This document shows, piece by piece, positions 37,721 through 49,921 of a stretch of DNA of 64,000 nt; within the stretch, counting starts at the first letter, position 1; every line of letters begins with the position of its first letter. A program made the position numbers and the translations under genes. Source of the DNA: Mobula hypostoma (Eukaryota); assembly GCF_963921235.1 (NCBI RefSeq), contig NC_086109.1, positions 14,572,001-14,636,000 on the forward strand. Reading direction: 5' to 3'. The notes under the pieces were generated by a model, which ran no database searches, was not told the origin of the DNA, and saw only the letters and a program-made list of their open reading frames with translations.

Positions 37721-37758
37721 CAGTCGACGTTTCAGGCCGAGACCCTTCGTCAGGACTA
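37721..37758 (-). ncRNA. Minimal hammerhead ribozyme motif in the 3' pLTR of the PLE
   Basis: Reverse complement tagtc CTGACGA AGGGTCTCGGCCT GAAACGTC gactg. Predicted cleavage after GUC, between 37726 and 37725. Confidence 0.75.
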
Positions 37759-38054
37759 ACTGAAGGAAGAGTGAGTAAGAGATTTGAAAGATGGAGGGGG
37801 AGGGAGAGATCCAAAATGATAGAAGAAGACAGGAGGGGGAGGGATGGAGCCAAGAGCTGGACAGGTGATTGGCGAAAGGGATACGAGAGGATCATGGGAC
37901 AGGAGGTCCATGGAGAAAGACAAGGCGGGGGGGGGGACCCCAGAGGATGGGCAAGGGGTATATTCAGAGGGACAGAGGGAGAAAAAGGAGAGTGAGAGAA
38001 AGAATGTGTGTATAAAAATAAATAACAGACAGGGTACGAGGGGGAGGTGGGGCA

Positions 38055-39207
38055 TTAGCGGAAGTTAGAGAAGTCGATGTTCGTGCCATCGGCTTGGAGG
38101 CTACCCAGACGGAATATAAGGTGTTGTTCCTCCAACCTGAGTGCGGCTTCATCTTTACAGTAGAGGAGGCCGTGGATAGACATGTCAGAATGGGAATGGG
38201 ATGTGGAATTAAAATGTGTGGCCACTGGGAGATCCTGCTTTCTCTGGCGGAGAGAGCGTAGGTATTCAGCAAAGCGGTCTTTCAGTCTGCGTCGGGTCTC
38301 GCCAATATATAAAAGGCCACATCGGGAGCACCGGACGCAGTATATCACCCCAGCCGACTCACAGGTGAAGTGTCGCCTCACCTGGAAGGACTGTTTGGGG
38401 CCCTGAATGGTGGTAAGGGAGGAAGTGTAAGGGCATGTGTAGCACTTGTTCTGCTTACACGGATAAGTGCCAGGAGGGAGATCAGTATGGGAGGGATGGG
38501 GGGGACGAATGGACAAGGGAGTCGCGTAGGGAGCGATCCCTGCGGAAAGCAGAGAGAGGGGGGAGGGAAAGATGTGCTTAGTGGTGGGATCCCGTTGGAG
38601 ATGGCGGAAGTTACGGAGAATAATATGTTGGACCCGGAGGCTAGTGGGGTGGTAGGTGAGGACCAGGGGAACTCTATTCCTAGTGGGGTGGCGAGAGGAT
38701 GGAGTGAGAGCAGATGTATGTGAAATGGGGGAGATGCATTTAAGAGCAGAGTTGATAGTGGAGGAAGGGAAGCCCCTTTCTTTAAAAAAGGAGGACATTT
38801 CCCTCGTCCTAGAATGAAAAGCCTCATCCTGAGAGCAGATGCGGCGGAGACGGAGGAATTGTGAGAAGGGGATGGCGTTTTTGCAAGAGACAGGGTGACA
38901 AGAGGAATAGTCCAGATAGCTGTGAGAGTCAGTAGGCTTATAGTAGACATCAGTGGATAAGCTGTCTCCAGAGACAGAGACAGAAAGATCTAGAAAGGGG
39001 AGGGAGGTGTCGGAAATGGACCAGATAAACTTGAGGGCAGGGTGAAAGTTAGAGGCAAAGTTAATAAAGTCAACGAGCTCTGCATGCGTGCAGGAAGCAG
39101 CGCCAATGCAGTCGTCGATGTAGCAAAGGAAAAGTGGGGGACAGATATCAGAATAGGCACGGAACATAGATTGTTCCACAAACCCAACAAAAAGGCAGGC
39201 ATAGCTA
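38055..39207 (-). pseudogene. PLE reverse transcriptase C-half plus GIY-YIG endonuclease (truncated ORF)
   Basis: PLFLCYIDDC (RT YxDD), FLDL, YYKPTD, linker CKQNKCYTC, GVIYCVRCSRCGLLYIGETRRRLKDRFAEY...VATHF. A locally frameshifted stretch is evident against the 33267-33572 copy. Confidence 0.9.
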
Positions 39208-40959
39208 ATTTTTCCTTTGGCTCCTCCCACTTCCTCCAAACTAAAGGTGTAGCTATGGGCACCCATATGGGTCCTAGCTATGCCTGCCTTTTTGTTGGCT
39301 TTGAATATACCCCTTGCCCATCCTCTGGGTTCCCCCCACCCCCACTGTCTTTCTTCCCGGACCTCCTGTCCCATGATCCTCTCGTATCCCCTTTGCCAAT
39401 CACCTGTCCAGCTCTTGGCTCCATCCCTCCCCCTCCTGTCTTCTCCTATCATTTTGGATCTCCCCCTCCCGCTCCAACTTTCAAATCCCTTACTCACTCT
39501 TCCTTCAGTTAGTCCTGACGGAGGGTCTCGGCCTGAAATGTCGACTGTACCTCTTCCTAGAGATGCTGCCTGGCCTGCTGTGATCAAGATAGTACATGGT
39601 GACATTTACCTGTACATACTTTGAACTATGAGAATCTCAGGAGTCCTTCTTAACACACTGACAATCAATACTACCACTCACACCAAATTTAAATCAAAAC
39701 TCAACATTAAAACTCCCATTCCTGATTTTTTTTCCCCAAAATTTCATCATTGGAGCTCCTTAATCATCTTCCACACTGCTCCCGCAGTCTTTAAGCCCCA
39801 GCTCGGTAGCTCCCTCTGGCTATACCAAGTCTCCCACGTTGTCAGTAGTTTTCAACCTCATTGTTGTTCTGCATGTAACCCTCTAGGAAACCCTAAATTC
39901 AGAGGGCCAATGACAAGTGAAACCAAACAAAGAGCATTGTAAAACAGGAACTGAAGAAAGGAATAAGCCATATTCCAGGGGAACTCAGTGGGTTGAGCAG
40001 CATCTGTGAGAGGAAGGGAATTGCCATTTCAGGTTGAAACCCTCCAATAGTCTTGACCAATGTTGTGCGGGGGGCACCATAGGATTCGAGACCTGCTGTG
40101 TGGTTTGTCACGAGCCAAACACTCCAATGTCGCCAGAATCCCAGCAACAAGGGGGCAGCTTAGCGGTTAATGTAAAGCTAATGAAGCACCAGTCACCTGG
40201 GTTCAGTTCTGTTATCGTCTGGAAAGAGTACATACATTTTCGCTCTGACCACGTGGGGTTCCTTCTTCAGATCGGTCTTCCTCCCATATTCCAAGGACGT
40301 GTGGGCTAGTAGGTTAATTGGTCATGTGGGTGAAATTGGGATTGTTGGGCTGGAGGGCCCCGGTACCATGCTGTCTCTCCAAATAAACAGAACATCATCA
40401 TGTATTCTCCCAATCAGACATCGGAATGAGTATGTTAAAAATTGCAGATGCTGTAAACCTAAACCAAGAAAGGGAAATGATGGAAATTGTGAGCAAGAGG
40501 AACTCTGCAGGTGCTGGAAATCGAGGCCAACACACGCAAGATGCTGCAGGGACTCAGCTGGTCAGGCAGCATCTTTGGAGAGGCATAAAGAGTCAACGTT
40601 TCTGGCCGAGACCCTGCTTCAGGAACACTCAGTAGGTCAGGCGGCATTTGAGAGGTCTCAGCCTGAGACCTAGTCAGACCTCATGCCCGCGGTTACCTGT
40701 CCGGCCTGAAATGCTGGCTCTGTTTCTTGAACCACAGATGCGCACCAAGTTACTGACCGTTGGCAGCATTTTCTGTTTTTGTTTCTATACTTATTTCTAT
40801 TCCTGAATGGTTAGGGGGTCAAATGCCAAGTCAGGGCCCCTCTGTAGGTGGGTCAGCACCAGAGCTGCACAAGTTCTAAGGTACCAATCTCCTTTCACCT
40901 TCCTCAGAGCAACTAAGGATAAGATAACCAATTCTGGGCTTAACAATGCCAACCTCATC

Positions 40960-41490
40960 CATAAGACATAGGAGCAGAATTAAAGCAAGTTGGCCCACCG
41001 TCTGCTCTATCATTTGATCTATTTTACTTTTCCTCTCAAACCCATTCTCTTGCCTTCTGTTCTAACCGTTCAGAGCCTTGCTAACTAAGAACCTATCAAT
41101 TTGGCTTTAAATATATCCAATAATCTGGCTTCCACAGCCATCTGTAGCAATGAATTCCACAGATTCACCAACCTCTCGTGAAAGAAATTCCACTCAACTC
41201 TGTTCTAAAGGGACATCTTTCTACCCTAAGGTTGTGCCCTCTGGCCCTAGACTCTCCCACTATAGGAACCATCCTCTCCACATCCAGTCTGTCTTGGCCT
41301 TTCAATATTTGGTAGGTTTCAATGAGATTCCGCCTCATTCTTATAAATACCTGCTGGAGCACCAGAGCAATCAAATGCTCCTCTTATGTTAACCCTTTTA
41401 TCACAGGACCATTCTCATGAACTCTGGCCCGTCTCCCATGTCAGCACATCCTCTCTTGGACAGCAGGCCCAAAGCTGTTCACAATTCTGC
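40960..41490 (-). mobile_element. CR1/HER1-like LINE 3' fragment
   Basis: RMRRNLIETYQILKGQDRLDVERMVPIVGESRARGHNLR and the characteristic 3' end. Confidence 0.8.
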
Positions 41491-42279
41491 AGTTGTGTGA
41501 TGAACTGAGGCTGAGGCTGCGGGCCTGCTCAGGCTGCTCCAGGCTTTGGGCCTGTGGGCTCACTTTCATTCCGAATGCTGTTGCTTGCATTCACAGTTTG
41601 TATCTTTCTTTTTCCCTCTTTCACTGCACATTGGGTGTTGGTCTTTCTTTTCCTTGGGCTTTTTCGGGTTTCGTGTTTTGTGACTGCCCGTAAGGAGGCG
41701 AATCTCAAGGTTGTACAATTTATACATTCTTCGATAATAAATGTTCTTTGAACTTAGAAATGCGTACTGACCAATTTCTTATAACACCCCATGCTCGTAT
41801 ACACACACACGCACAAGTTCCCACCCATGATAAAAAGGATCTCAGTATGGATCTTTAGTATTTTGTTCACCCCTGCTCTGCATAGTCCAAGTCTATGGTA
41901 ATATCAGATACTCTTTGATGCTTATCCCATTGAAAAGGGCTTTCAAGACACATAACAATCTGTACCCTTATCTCTCGAGCATGCAGATGGAAGAACCTCG
42001 CACGCAACGAGTCAGCTCTGCTCCAGTCACACAGACACACTGTGTCCCGTTAGTTTAAACAACTGGGTTACCCAGTGCCATTATGAGGTGGCGTTGCTGC
42101 CAAATCTTTTACTGACTGAATGGCTTCTATTGTGAAACAATGTAAAAAATGCAATGGAAGCCCATTAGGATTGGGCAAAAAAAGGAGAAAAAGACCTCAC
42201 TCATATCTGAATGGTAAACATAAGAGATTCTGCAGATAGTGGAAATCCAAAGTAGCGCGCGCACACACACACACACACA

Positions 42280-42440
42280 CACAAAATGCTGGAGGAACTC
42301 AGCAACACAGGCAGCATCTACAGAGAGGAATAAAGAGTCAATGTTTCTGGCTGAGAACCTTTGGTCTCGGCCCGAAGCGTTGAATTTTTATTCCTCTCCT
42401 TACTTGCTGCCTGTGTGCCGAGTTCCTCCAGCATTTTGTG
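42280..42440. repeat. Fold-back palindrome of two PLE tails (~80-bp arms) joined inside hammerhead helix II
   Basis: cacaaaatgctggaggaactc...gagaacc ttt ggtctc...gagttcctccagcattttgtg. Confidence 0.8.
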
Positions 42441-42755
42441 AATATCCGAATTGTTAACAAATCCTTTCGTTTTTTGGCTGCTAACACTTTTGCTGAGTCT
42501 ATCCTTTTCTTCCCCCTCATTTCCTTTTATCTTGCTTTTATCCCAATTTGTGCTTGTTTTGTAACAGACCGGCTTTGTTACCAACTATGTGACTGGCCCT
42601 TATCCTAAAGCCTGTTTGTTTTACATTAGGCAAGCACACTCGAACAGCTGTGTGTTGTAACTTGACAAAAGTTCAGCGTTCAATTAAGGGGCTCGAGATG
42701 CACTCCAACTGCCCTTTCTACACATTCCCTCATTGCATAACAGTACAAGAATTAT

Positions 42756-42771
42756 TAGCGCCCCCTTGGGG
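42756..42771 (-). promoter_or_regulatory. CTCF-like motif
   Basis: Reverse complement CCCCAAGGGGGCGCTA in unique DNA. C/EBP-like attgcataa at 42732-42740. Motif only. Confidence 0.3.
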
Positions 42772-43959
42772 AAGCTCCAGTAACGCACTGGTCAAAAAAC
42801 TACCTATCCAACTCCACACTGGATCATTTCTCACCATAATCCCAAGAAGCACAGTCAAAAGAGTCAGATGCACAAGATGCTGGAGGAACTCAGCAGGTCG
42901 GGCAGCATCTGCGGAGAGGAATAAACGGTTGACATTTCAAGCCTCCATCAGGACTGAAAAGGAAGGCGGGGGGGTAGAATAAGAAGACGGGGGAGGGGAA
43001 AGAGTTAGTGTTCTCGCTGACCCTCTGCGTCTTAAAACTTGTTTTGATGAAGGATCTGCAATTTGAAGTGTAAACTCTGCTTCCCAGTCTGCAGATGCTG
43101 CCTGACCTGCTGAGTTAATGTGTTCTGGGTCAAATTGTGAGCTGAAGGTACTTGGGTTCAAATCCAACTGAATACAGGATCTGGGCTGGCCCTCAGATAT
43201 CCTACCTTTGAGGTTAACTATTAAGTGAGTCCCAGAATGTCTCCTCATTTTTTCCAGTCACAAAAGGGAATCCAGTGTATCACAGACAGCAGGCCAAACT
43301 CAATCAACAAACCATGGTGTGTGGAAAGGCCTTCCATGCTTGTTTAGATAACAGCAAAGGCATTCCCAAAGTAAACAATTCATTGGACATGAATAAGAGA
43401 AAATTTGCAGATGCTGGAAATCAAAGTCATACACATAAAATGCTGAAGGAACTCAGCAAGCTAAGCAGTATCTATGGAAAAGAGTAAACAATTGACGTTT
43501 CAGGCCGTTCTGATGAGGTTTCATCAACTGTTTATTCTTTTTCCATAGATGCTGCCTGACCTGCTGACCAGCATTTTGTGTGCAATGGACGTGAAGTTCG
43601 TTGACACCTGGCTGAGGCTGTGACAGGCTGCACCTGAAGTCAGATACAAAGCTGCAGTTCCTTGGGTTGCCACAGGGTGGCACTCCAATGCTGAGCTGGC
43701 ATCACCTGGAGTCCCCAGGAAGACCTGAACCTTTTGTCAGACCAGATCACGCGTCAAGCAGAGTTCACAGGCATGTACAGCTCATATCTTTGGCTTACAA
43801 ACAACCAAGGGAAAAGCCCCTTTGGCCTTTCATCCCTCAACCTTAAGACAAATCTCATGGTTGTGTAATATATGATAACAAATGTACTTTGAACCAGTTC
43901 CTTGAAATTGTCCAATAATTCCTATGCAATCATGAAAATGCTTCTATTCTTTGCATAGT

Positions 43960-44670
43960 AGAACACAGATCATAGAAAATTATAGCACAGTAGAGGCCTT
44001 TCGGTCCACAATGTTATGCTGTAATGGTCCACGTCACAGCATAACATTTTTACCCACTCTAAGATCAATCTAATCCTTCCCTCCTCCTAAGCCTTCCATT
44101 TTTTTAGCATCCATGATTTATTTGCCTCTGCTACCACTCCAGCAGTCACCTGTGTGTGTGTGTAAAATACACACCTCTGACCTCCCCCCTATACTTCCTT
44201 CCAATCACATTAAAATTATGCCATTGTATTCGCCATTCCTTCCCTCTGCAAAAAGTCACTGGCTATCCACTCAATCTATGCTTCTTATCATCTTGTACAC
44301 CCCTATCAAGTCACCTCTCATCCTCCTTCTCTCCAAAGAGAAAAAGCCCTAGCCCACTCACGCACAAAATGCCGAACTGAAGGGTATCGGCCCGAAACGT
44401 CGACTGTTTACTCTTTTCCAGAGATCCTGCCTGCTCTGCTGAGTTCCTCCAGCATTCTGCGTGCGTTGTTTTGTACTTCCAGCATCTGCAGCTTTTCTCA
44501 TGTTTGTGATTTCCTAGCTTGCTCAACCTTTGCTTGTAGAGCCTGCTCTCTAATCCAGGCAGCATCCTGGTAAATTTCTTTTGCACCCTCTCTAATGCTT
44601 CCACATCCTTCCTATAATAAGGTGACCAGAACTGAACACAGTATTCCAAGTGTGGTCTAACCAGGGCTCC
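43960..44670 (-). mobile_element. CR1-like LINE fragment with a PLE tail inserted at ~44354-44512
   Basis: LEYCVQFWSPYYRKDVEALERVQKKFTRMLPGLE. The insert carries AGGGTATCGGCCCGAAACGTCgactg. Confidence 0.8.
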
Positions 44671-44927
44671 TGTTGGAAAATATACAGTAGCAGAAACTTA
44701 ACCGGACCAGTCTCAATAACACTGTGGCTCCAACAGCCAGCGGCAAGTGGCTCAACTCCTGACAGCCCAAAATCCTTCCGTCACCCATCAGGCACAAATT
44801 AGGAGCAGGGTGGAATACACCCTATTTGCCTGGATGAGTCCAACACCTCTCAAAGAGCTCAGCACTATCCAGGACACAGAAGCCCCATGATCATTCGAAA
44901 CAGCTACTGCAGAAGCTGGAAATCCAG

Positions 44928-44967
<40 letters not shown>

Positions 44968-47900
44968 CTGCAGGGAGTCAGCAACGTCAAGCAGCCTCCA
45001 TGAAGAGGAATAAACAGTCAATATGTCGGGCCAAAAGCCTTCATTAGGACATTCCAAGCATGCATTCAGACTGCCTCATCTACAAAATAGATTGCAGTCA
45101 TCCAGCAAGGCTTCATAGACAGCACCGCCCAAGCCTGTCGCTTCTATTGCTCTGTTCTGCTGCTGCCAAACAACACATCTACTCACCACAATGCCATTAC
45201 AGTTCAAGGCGTTCCAGCGTTTGGAGTTCAACTCCAGCGCCATTCTGTACATCCTCCCCGTGGATGCGTTGGTTTTCTCCAAGTCCTCCGGTTTCCTGCC
45301 ACAGTCCAAGGACGTACTGGGTGGGTGAATTAGTCATTGTAAATTGTCCCGAGATTGGGTGAGGGTTAATCGAATTTGTCAGAGGTTGCTGGGGTGACAT
45401 AACTGTAAGGGCTGGGAGGGCCTACTCCACACTGTAATGTTAAATAAATAAATAAAGTGCACCTCATCGACCGCAAGTTGTTGATAACCTGATCCCGATT
45501 CTTACAAGGGTGAGAAGCATTTGTGTCTAAAGGTCAGAAAACCCCGGGTGCTCCAATTTCCTCTCACAGTCCAAAGACGTACCGGTTAGTAGGTTAATTG
45601 GTCATTGTAAATTGTCCTGTAAGTAGGCTACTGTTAAATATTTGGGTTACTAGGTTGAGCCGAAAGGGCCTGTTCTGTGTTGTATCTCTAATTAAAACAA
45701 ATAAATAAAAACAAATCTACCTCATCTACTTATCACTTCTCAGCTTCATACTTCATCCCCCTCCCCTACCCACCCACCTTCCCCCTCACCTGGTCTATCA
45801 CCTGCCATCTTGCACTCCTCCCCCACTACCCACCTTCTTATTCTGGCATCTGCTCCTTTCCTTTCAGTCCCGATGAAGGATCTCAACTTGAAACATCGAC
45901 TGCTTATTCCTCTCCACAGACGCCGCCTGACGTGCTGGCTTCCTCCGGCATTGTGTGTGTGGCTGCTGGCCTTCCTGTTGATTGCTTTGGCAGCTCCTTT
46001 AATTCTGCATCCTCTGGTGATTGGCTCTCGCATCATGCACGCACCCCACCCAACTCCACCCCACTCCATACCATGGGTTGGTAATAAAAGCAGAACATTC
46101 TGGAAACACTCAGCATTTGTGGAAAGAAAAACAGAGTTAATGTTTCCGACCAAATGGAAAACGATAGAACACAAGTTATTTTGAAGTTGCAGAAAGGGTG
46201 GGGGAAGGTTGTAAGACAACAAGGGAATATCTCTGATAATGAAAGGCCAAGCCTGCTGCAGGGATGAATCGTAGATGTATCTGGTTAATGAGTTAACGGG
46301 AGAATAGAGACAAAGGAAGTAAAAGTATTAAACTGCAGTGTTGCAGTATACGTTAGACATTTCTGACATTCCAGAGACAGGGAGAATCTGAGCTAATGTC
46401 ACAGGTGAGTGACACACTGTGGAAATGGCCGGTCCTGACGTAGAATCACAGAGAGTTGTAGAATTCACTGTTGAATCCAGAAGGCCACATCGTTTCCAGT
46501 CTGAAGATGAGGCGCTGTTCCCGGATCTGTCTCAGAGACAGTTTTCATCAAAACCTTCCTGATTCCTCCTGGAGGCAGACACGGAATGCTAGAGGAACAC
46601 AGCAGCTACGGAGAGGTATCAACAGTCAACATTTCGGGCCGAGACTCTCGCTTCCTGATTCTCTGTGGAATCTGTTTAACCTGCTCTGCTCCAAAGAGAA
46701 CAGTCCAAGGTTCTCTACTAAATGATGTTATCAGATGGCAGACTGCCAGTGGCCGATGTACCCTCAGCTAAAGAGTAACTTTACACTGGGGGTGCAGGGG
46801 GTACCTAATAAAGTGGCCACTGGGTGTATGTTCCTGGTCTTGTGTTGCTGTAGCCCATCCACTTCAAGGTTCTCCACGCTGTGTATTCAGAGATGCTCCG
46901 CTGCACACCACTGTACAATTACTATAAACTGTAATTTATAATTACTTTATTATTAGGTATTATAAAGTACTGCTACTGCCAAAACAACACATTTCACGAC
47001 CTATGCCAGTGAAATTCTGATTCTGGCTGCGACAGTGCCCCATGTAGATGTGTTCAATGGTGGGGAGGGCTTTACCCATGATGGACTGAGCCGTATCCAC
47101 TACTTTTTGTAGGGTTTTCCATTCAAGAGCATTGGTGTTTCCAACCCTCTGCTTCCCATTCTGCAGCACCCCCTGATCCAGCAGTACTTTTTATAGTCTC
47201 AGCCTTCCCTAACTCAGTAGCAACTTCTGTTCACTCACTCCCTCACTCCCCCAAGCCCCTGGATCCCAGACCCTTTCCAAATCAAGCATCTTGCACGTCT
47301 GAATGTGGTCACTCCCTCCACCAATGGTGGCTCTCCCATCCACTGCCCCGGCCCTGAACTCTTGCAGTGTCCTCCTAATCTTTCCCACGTCTGGTCATCA
47401 CTCTTCCTTAAAAGCTCCCACCGATCTCTTTTTGACCAAGCTTTTCAACCTGCGATCTTCCTGGACAGACCAATGTTACTCTTCTGCAAACAGGCTGTGT
47501 ACAAGAAGGGCCAGAGTCACCTCTACTTCCTGAGGAGACTAGGTCCTTTGGAGTAGGCAGGCCTCTCCTTCACATGTTCTACCAGTCTGTTGTCAACAGT
47601 ACAACCTTCTATATGGTGGTGTGCTGGGGCAATGGCATCAACACGGGTAATGCCAACAGGTTCAATAAACTGATTAGAAAGGCTGGTTTTGTTATATGAG
47701 TCAAACTGGAGGCTGTGGTAGAACAAAGGACCCTACAGAAAATCCTGGCAATTCTGGACAATGTTTCTCACCCTCTGCGCGTCTCCTTGGTTGAACAGAG
47801 GAACACCTTTAGTAAAAGACCAAGACAACTGTACTGCTTCAAAGAGCGCTATATGAGGTCATTCTTACCCTCGATCAGTAGGCTCTATAATGAGTCAACC

Positions 47901-48154
47901 TGTAGCCGGGGAAGTGATACCCCCCTCATGTTAAACTGTTTGAGGTAACTTATTTTTTATTCTTTCTTACTCCTCTTCTAATATTTGTATATCTGTGCGT
48001 TTGCAATGCTACTGTGACACTGTGGGATCAATAAAGTATCTATCTGTCTTGAGATCCTTTCCTATGTATAAAGCACACCACAAATTCATGTCATACTTGT
48101 CACTGGTGTTTATTGATCAGCTCAAATATGTAATTGATCAATGGCAGGTGTGTG

Positions 48155-48490
48155 TTATCATCATCATCAGGTGCCATGCCCAGATTGAGCTTTGACTGCC
48201 ACGGCCCACACATTCCTGTTTCAGGTCAGGTGGATCATTTCCAGTTCTCTGGCTGCTGTCCCCATTAACATTTGTCTTTGCCTTCTTTTTGCTTTCTTCC
48301 CTTCAGTCTTTCCTATAATTACCGTGCATTCTAATTCCTCTTTCACAATCACATGTCCAATGAAGTTACATTGCCTTTTCATGATCTCATACATTATTTC
48401 TCTTTTTGTGTTTGCTCTGTTCATGACACCCTCGTTAGATATTCATTTCCTCCATGATATTCTTTGCATCCTCCTCAAAAACCACATCTC
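48155..48490 (-). mobile_element. RTE-clade LINE 3' end
   Basis: KRQCNFIGHVIVKEELECTVIIGKTEGKKAKRRQR and a (TGA)n tail. Confidence 0.75.
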
Positions 48491-49600
48491 TGTTATAGTG
48501 TCACTAATTCAGTCAAAGGGTTTTGGGCCCTGTAACCTGAGCTGTGAGTAGTTTTGAACCCTACATCTAAGAAAGGATACAGTAGGAAAGGTCCTGAGGA
48601 GATTTATTAAAATGATCCTGGAATGGAGGGGTAACATATGAGGAGTGTTTGATGGCTCTGGGCCTGTACTCACTGGAGTTCAGAAGAATGAGGGGGAATC
48701 TCATTGAAACCTACCAAATATTGAAAGGCCTAGATATAGTGGACTCACAGAGGATGATTCCAACAGTGGGAGACTTTCGGACTAGAAAGCACAGCCTCAG
48801 AATAGAAGGACGTCCCACTGGAATAGAGATGAGTGCAAACAGAGAGATATAGGGCATATGCAGGCGGATAGGATTCATCTAATTTGTCATCATGATCAGA
48901 ACAGAGATGGTGGGCCACACTGTTCCATGTTCAATTTTGATCCAAAATCTATTTCCCACCACTGCTTAGTCGAGACTCTAAGTATCCTGACCTTTGGAAA
49001 TCCGCAAATTGTTTACAGGAAAAACTACCCTCAATGATGAAAATGATTTAATTTCAGGTCCCTTTATTTGTACTTTATCAAAATAAAAGTATATTTGGAA
49101 AATTCCCAGCCTGTGTTGAGGGATCGAGGGGAACTAGAGGTAACAGTGAGGACACATTTGACGTTTTTGACTCAGTTTAACGAGGGAGAGGTTGTCCAAG
49201 GGTTGGAGCCTCGTTTACTGAACTCCATAACCTAATTAAAGTTATCAAGCACACGCTCCCTCGAGTTTGCGGTTGTCTTTGTGAATAGATTTCTGAATTC
49301 CATTTCCAGCTGCCTTTTAAATTATACTTAATCACTTCAATGTGTAAGTGAACACAGGACTACCAGAAATCCCCACATCCCCAGCATTCCAGAGGACTCC
49401 ACATCCCTCAGCATCCCTAAATCCCTCACCATTCAGGCTTTTCACATCCCTCCCCTGCACCAGAGGGTTCCCACATGAATGAGAATGAGAAGAATGGTTG
49501 GGGGGGGGGGGGGGAACTCATTGGAATTTATCAAATATTGAAAGGCCTAAGTAGAGTGGACATGAAGTGGATGTGGAAGTCCAGATAGTGTGGACATGGA

Positions 49601-49921
49601 TAAGCAACACTCACTACACGCTGGAGGAACTCAGCAGGTCGGGCAGCATCCGTGGAAACGATCAGTCAACGTTTCGGGCCAGAACCCTTCGTCAGGACTG
49701 AAGAGGGAGGGGGCAGAGGCCCTACAAAGAAGGTGGGGGGAGGGTGGGAAGGAGAAGGCTGGTAGGTTCCAGGTGAAAAACCAGTAAGGGGAAAGATAAA
49801 GGGGTGGGGGAGGGGAAGCAGGGAGGGGATAGGCAAGAAAGGTGAAGGAGGAATACGGGAAAGCACAATGGGTGGTAGAAGGAGGTGGAACCATGAGGGA
49901 GGTAGCAGGCAGCAAGAGAGA
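49601..49921 (-). mobile_element. Young PLE pLTR-only insertion (second subfamily) in a CR1 fragment, 10-bp TSD
   Basis: tggacatgga at 49591-49600 and 49922-49931. Confidence 0.8.
49663..49700 (-). ncRNA. Best-preserved minimal type-I hammerhead motif
   Basis: Reverse complement cagtc CTGACGA A GGGT TCTG GCCC GAAACGTT gactg: 5-bp helix I, 4-bp helix II, palindromic AACGUU in place of helix III. Confidence 0.8.

Larger units (their letters stand above)
37624..39583 (-). mobile_element. Young 5'-truncated Penelope-like element (probably Neptune-type) with inverted 5' segments and 14-bp TSD
   Basis: tcaagatagtacat at 37610-37623 and 39584-39597. pLTR/tail 37624-38054 (-), ORF 38055-39207 (-), inverted RT piece 39207-39301 (+), inverted pLTR 39302-39580 (+). 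Confidence 0.9.

Noticed and set aside
38055..39605. 516-aa ORF as an intact protein
   Set aside because: The first ~130 aa are antisense read-through of the inverted pLTR and RT pieces. The RT N-half is missing, an internal stretch is frameshifted, and the usual EH of the nuclease reads EY.
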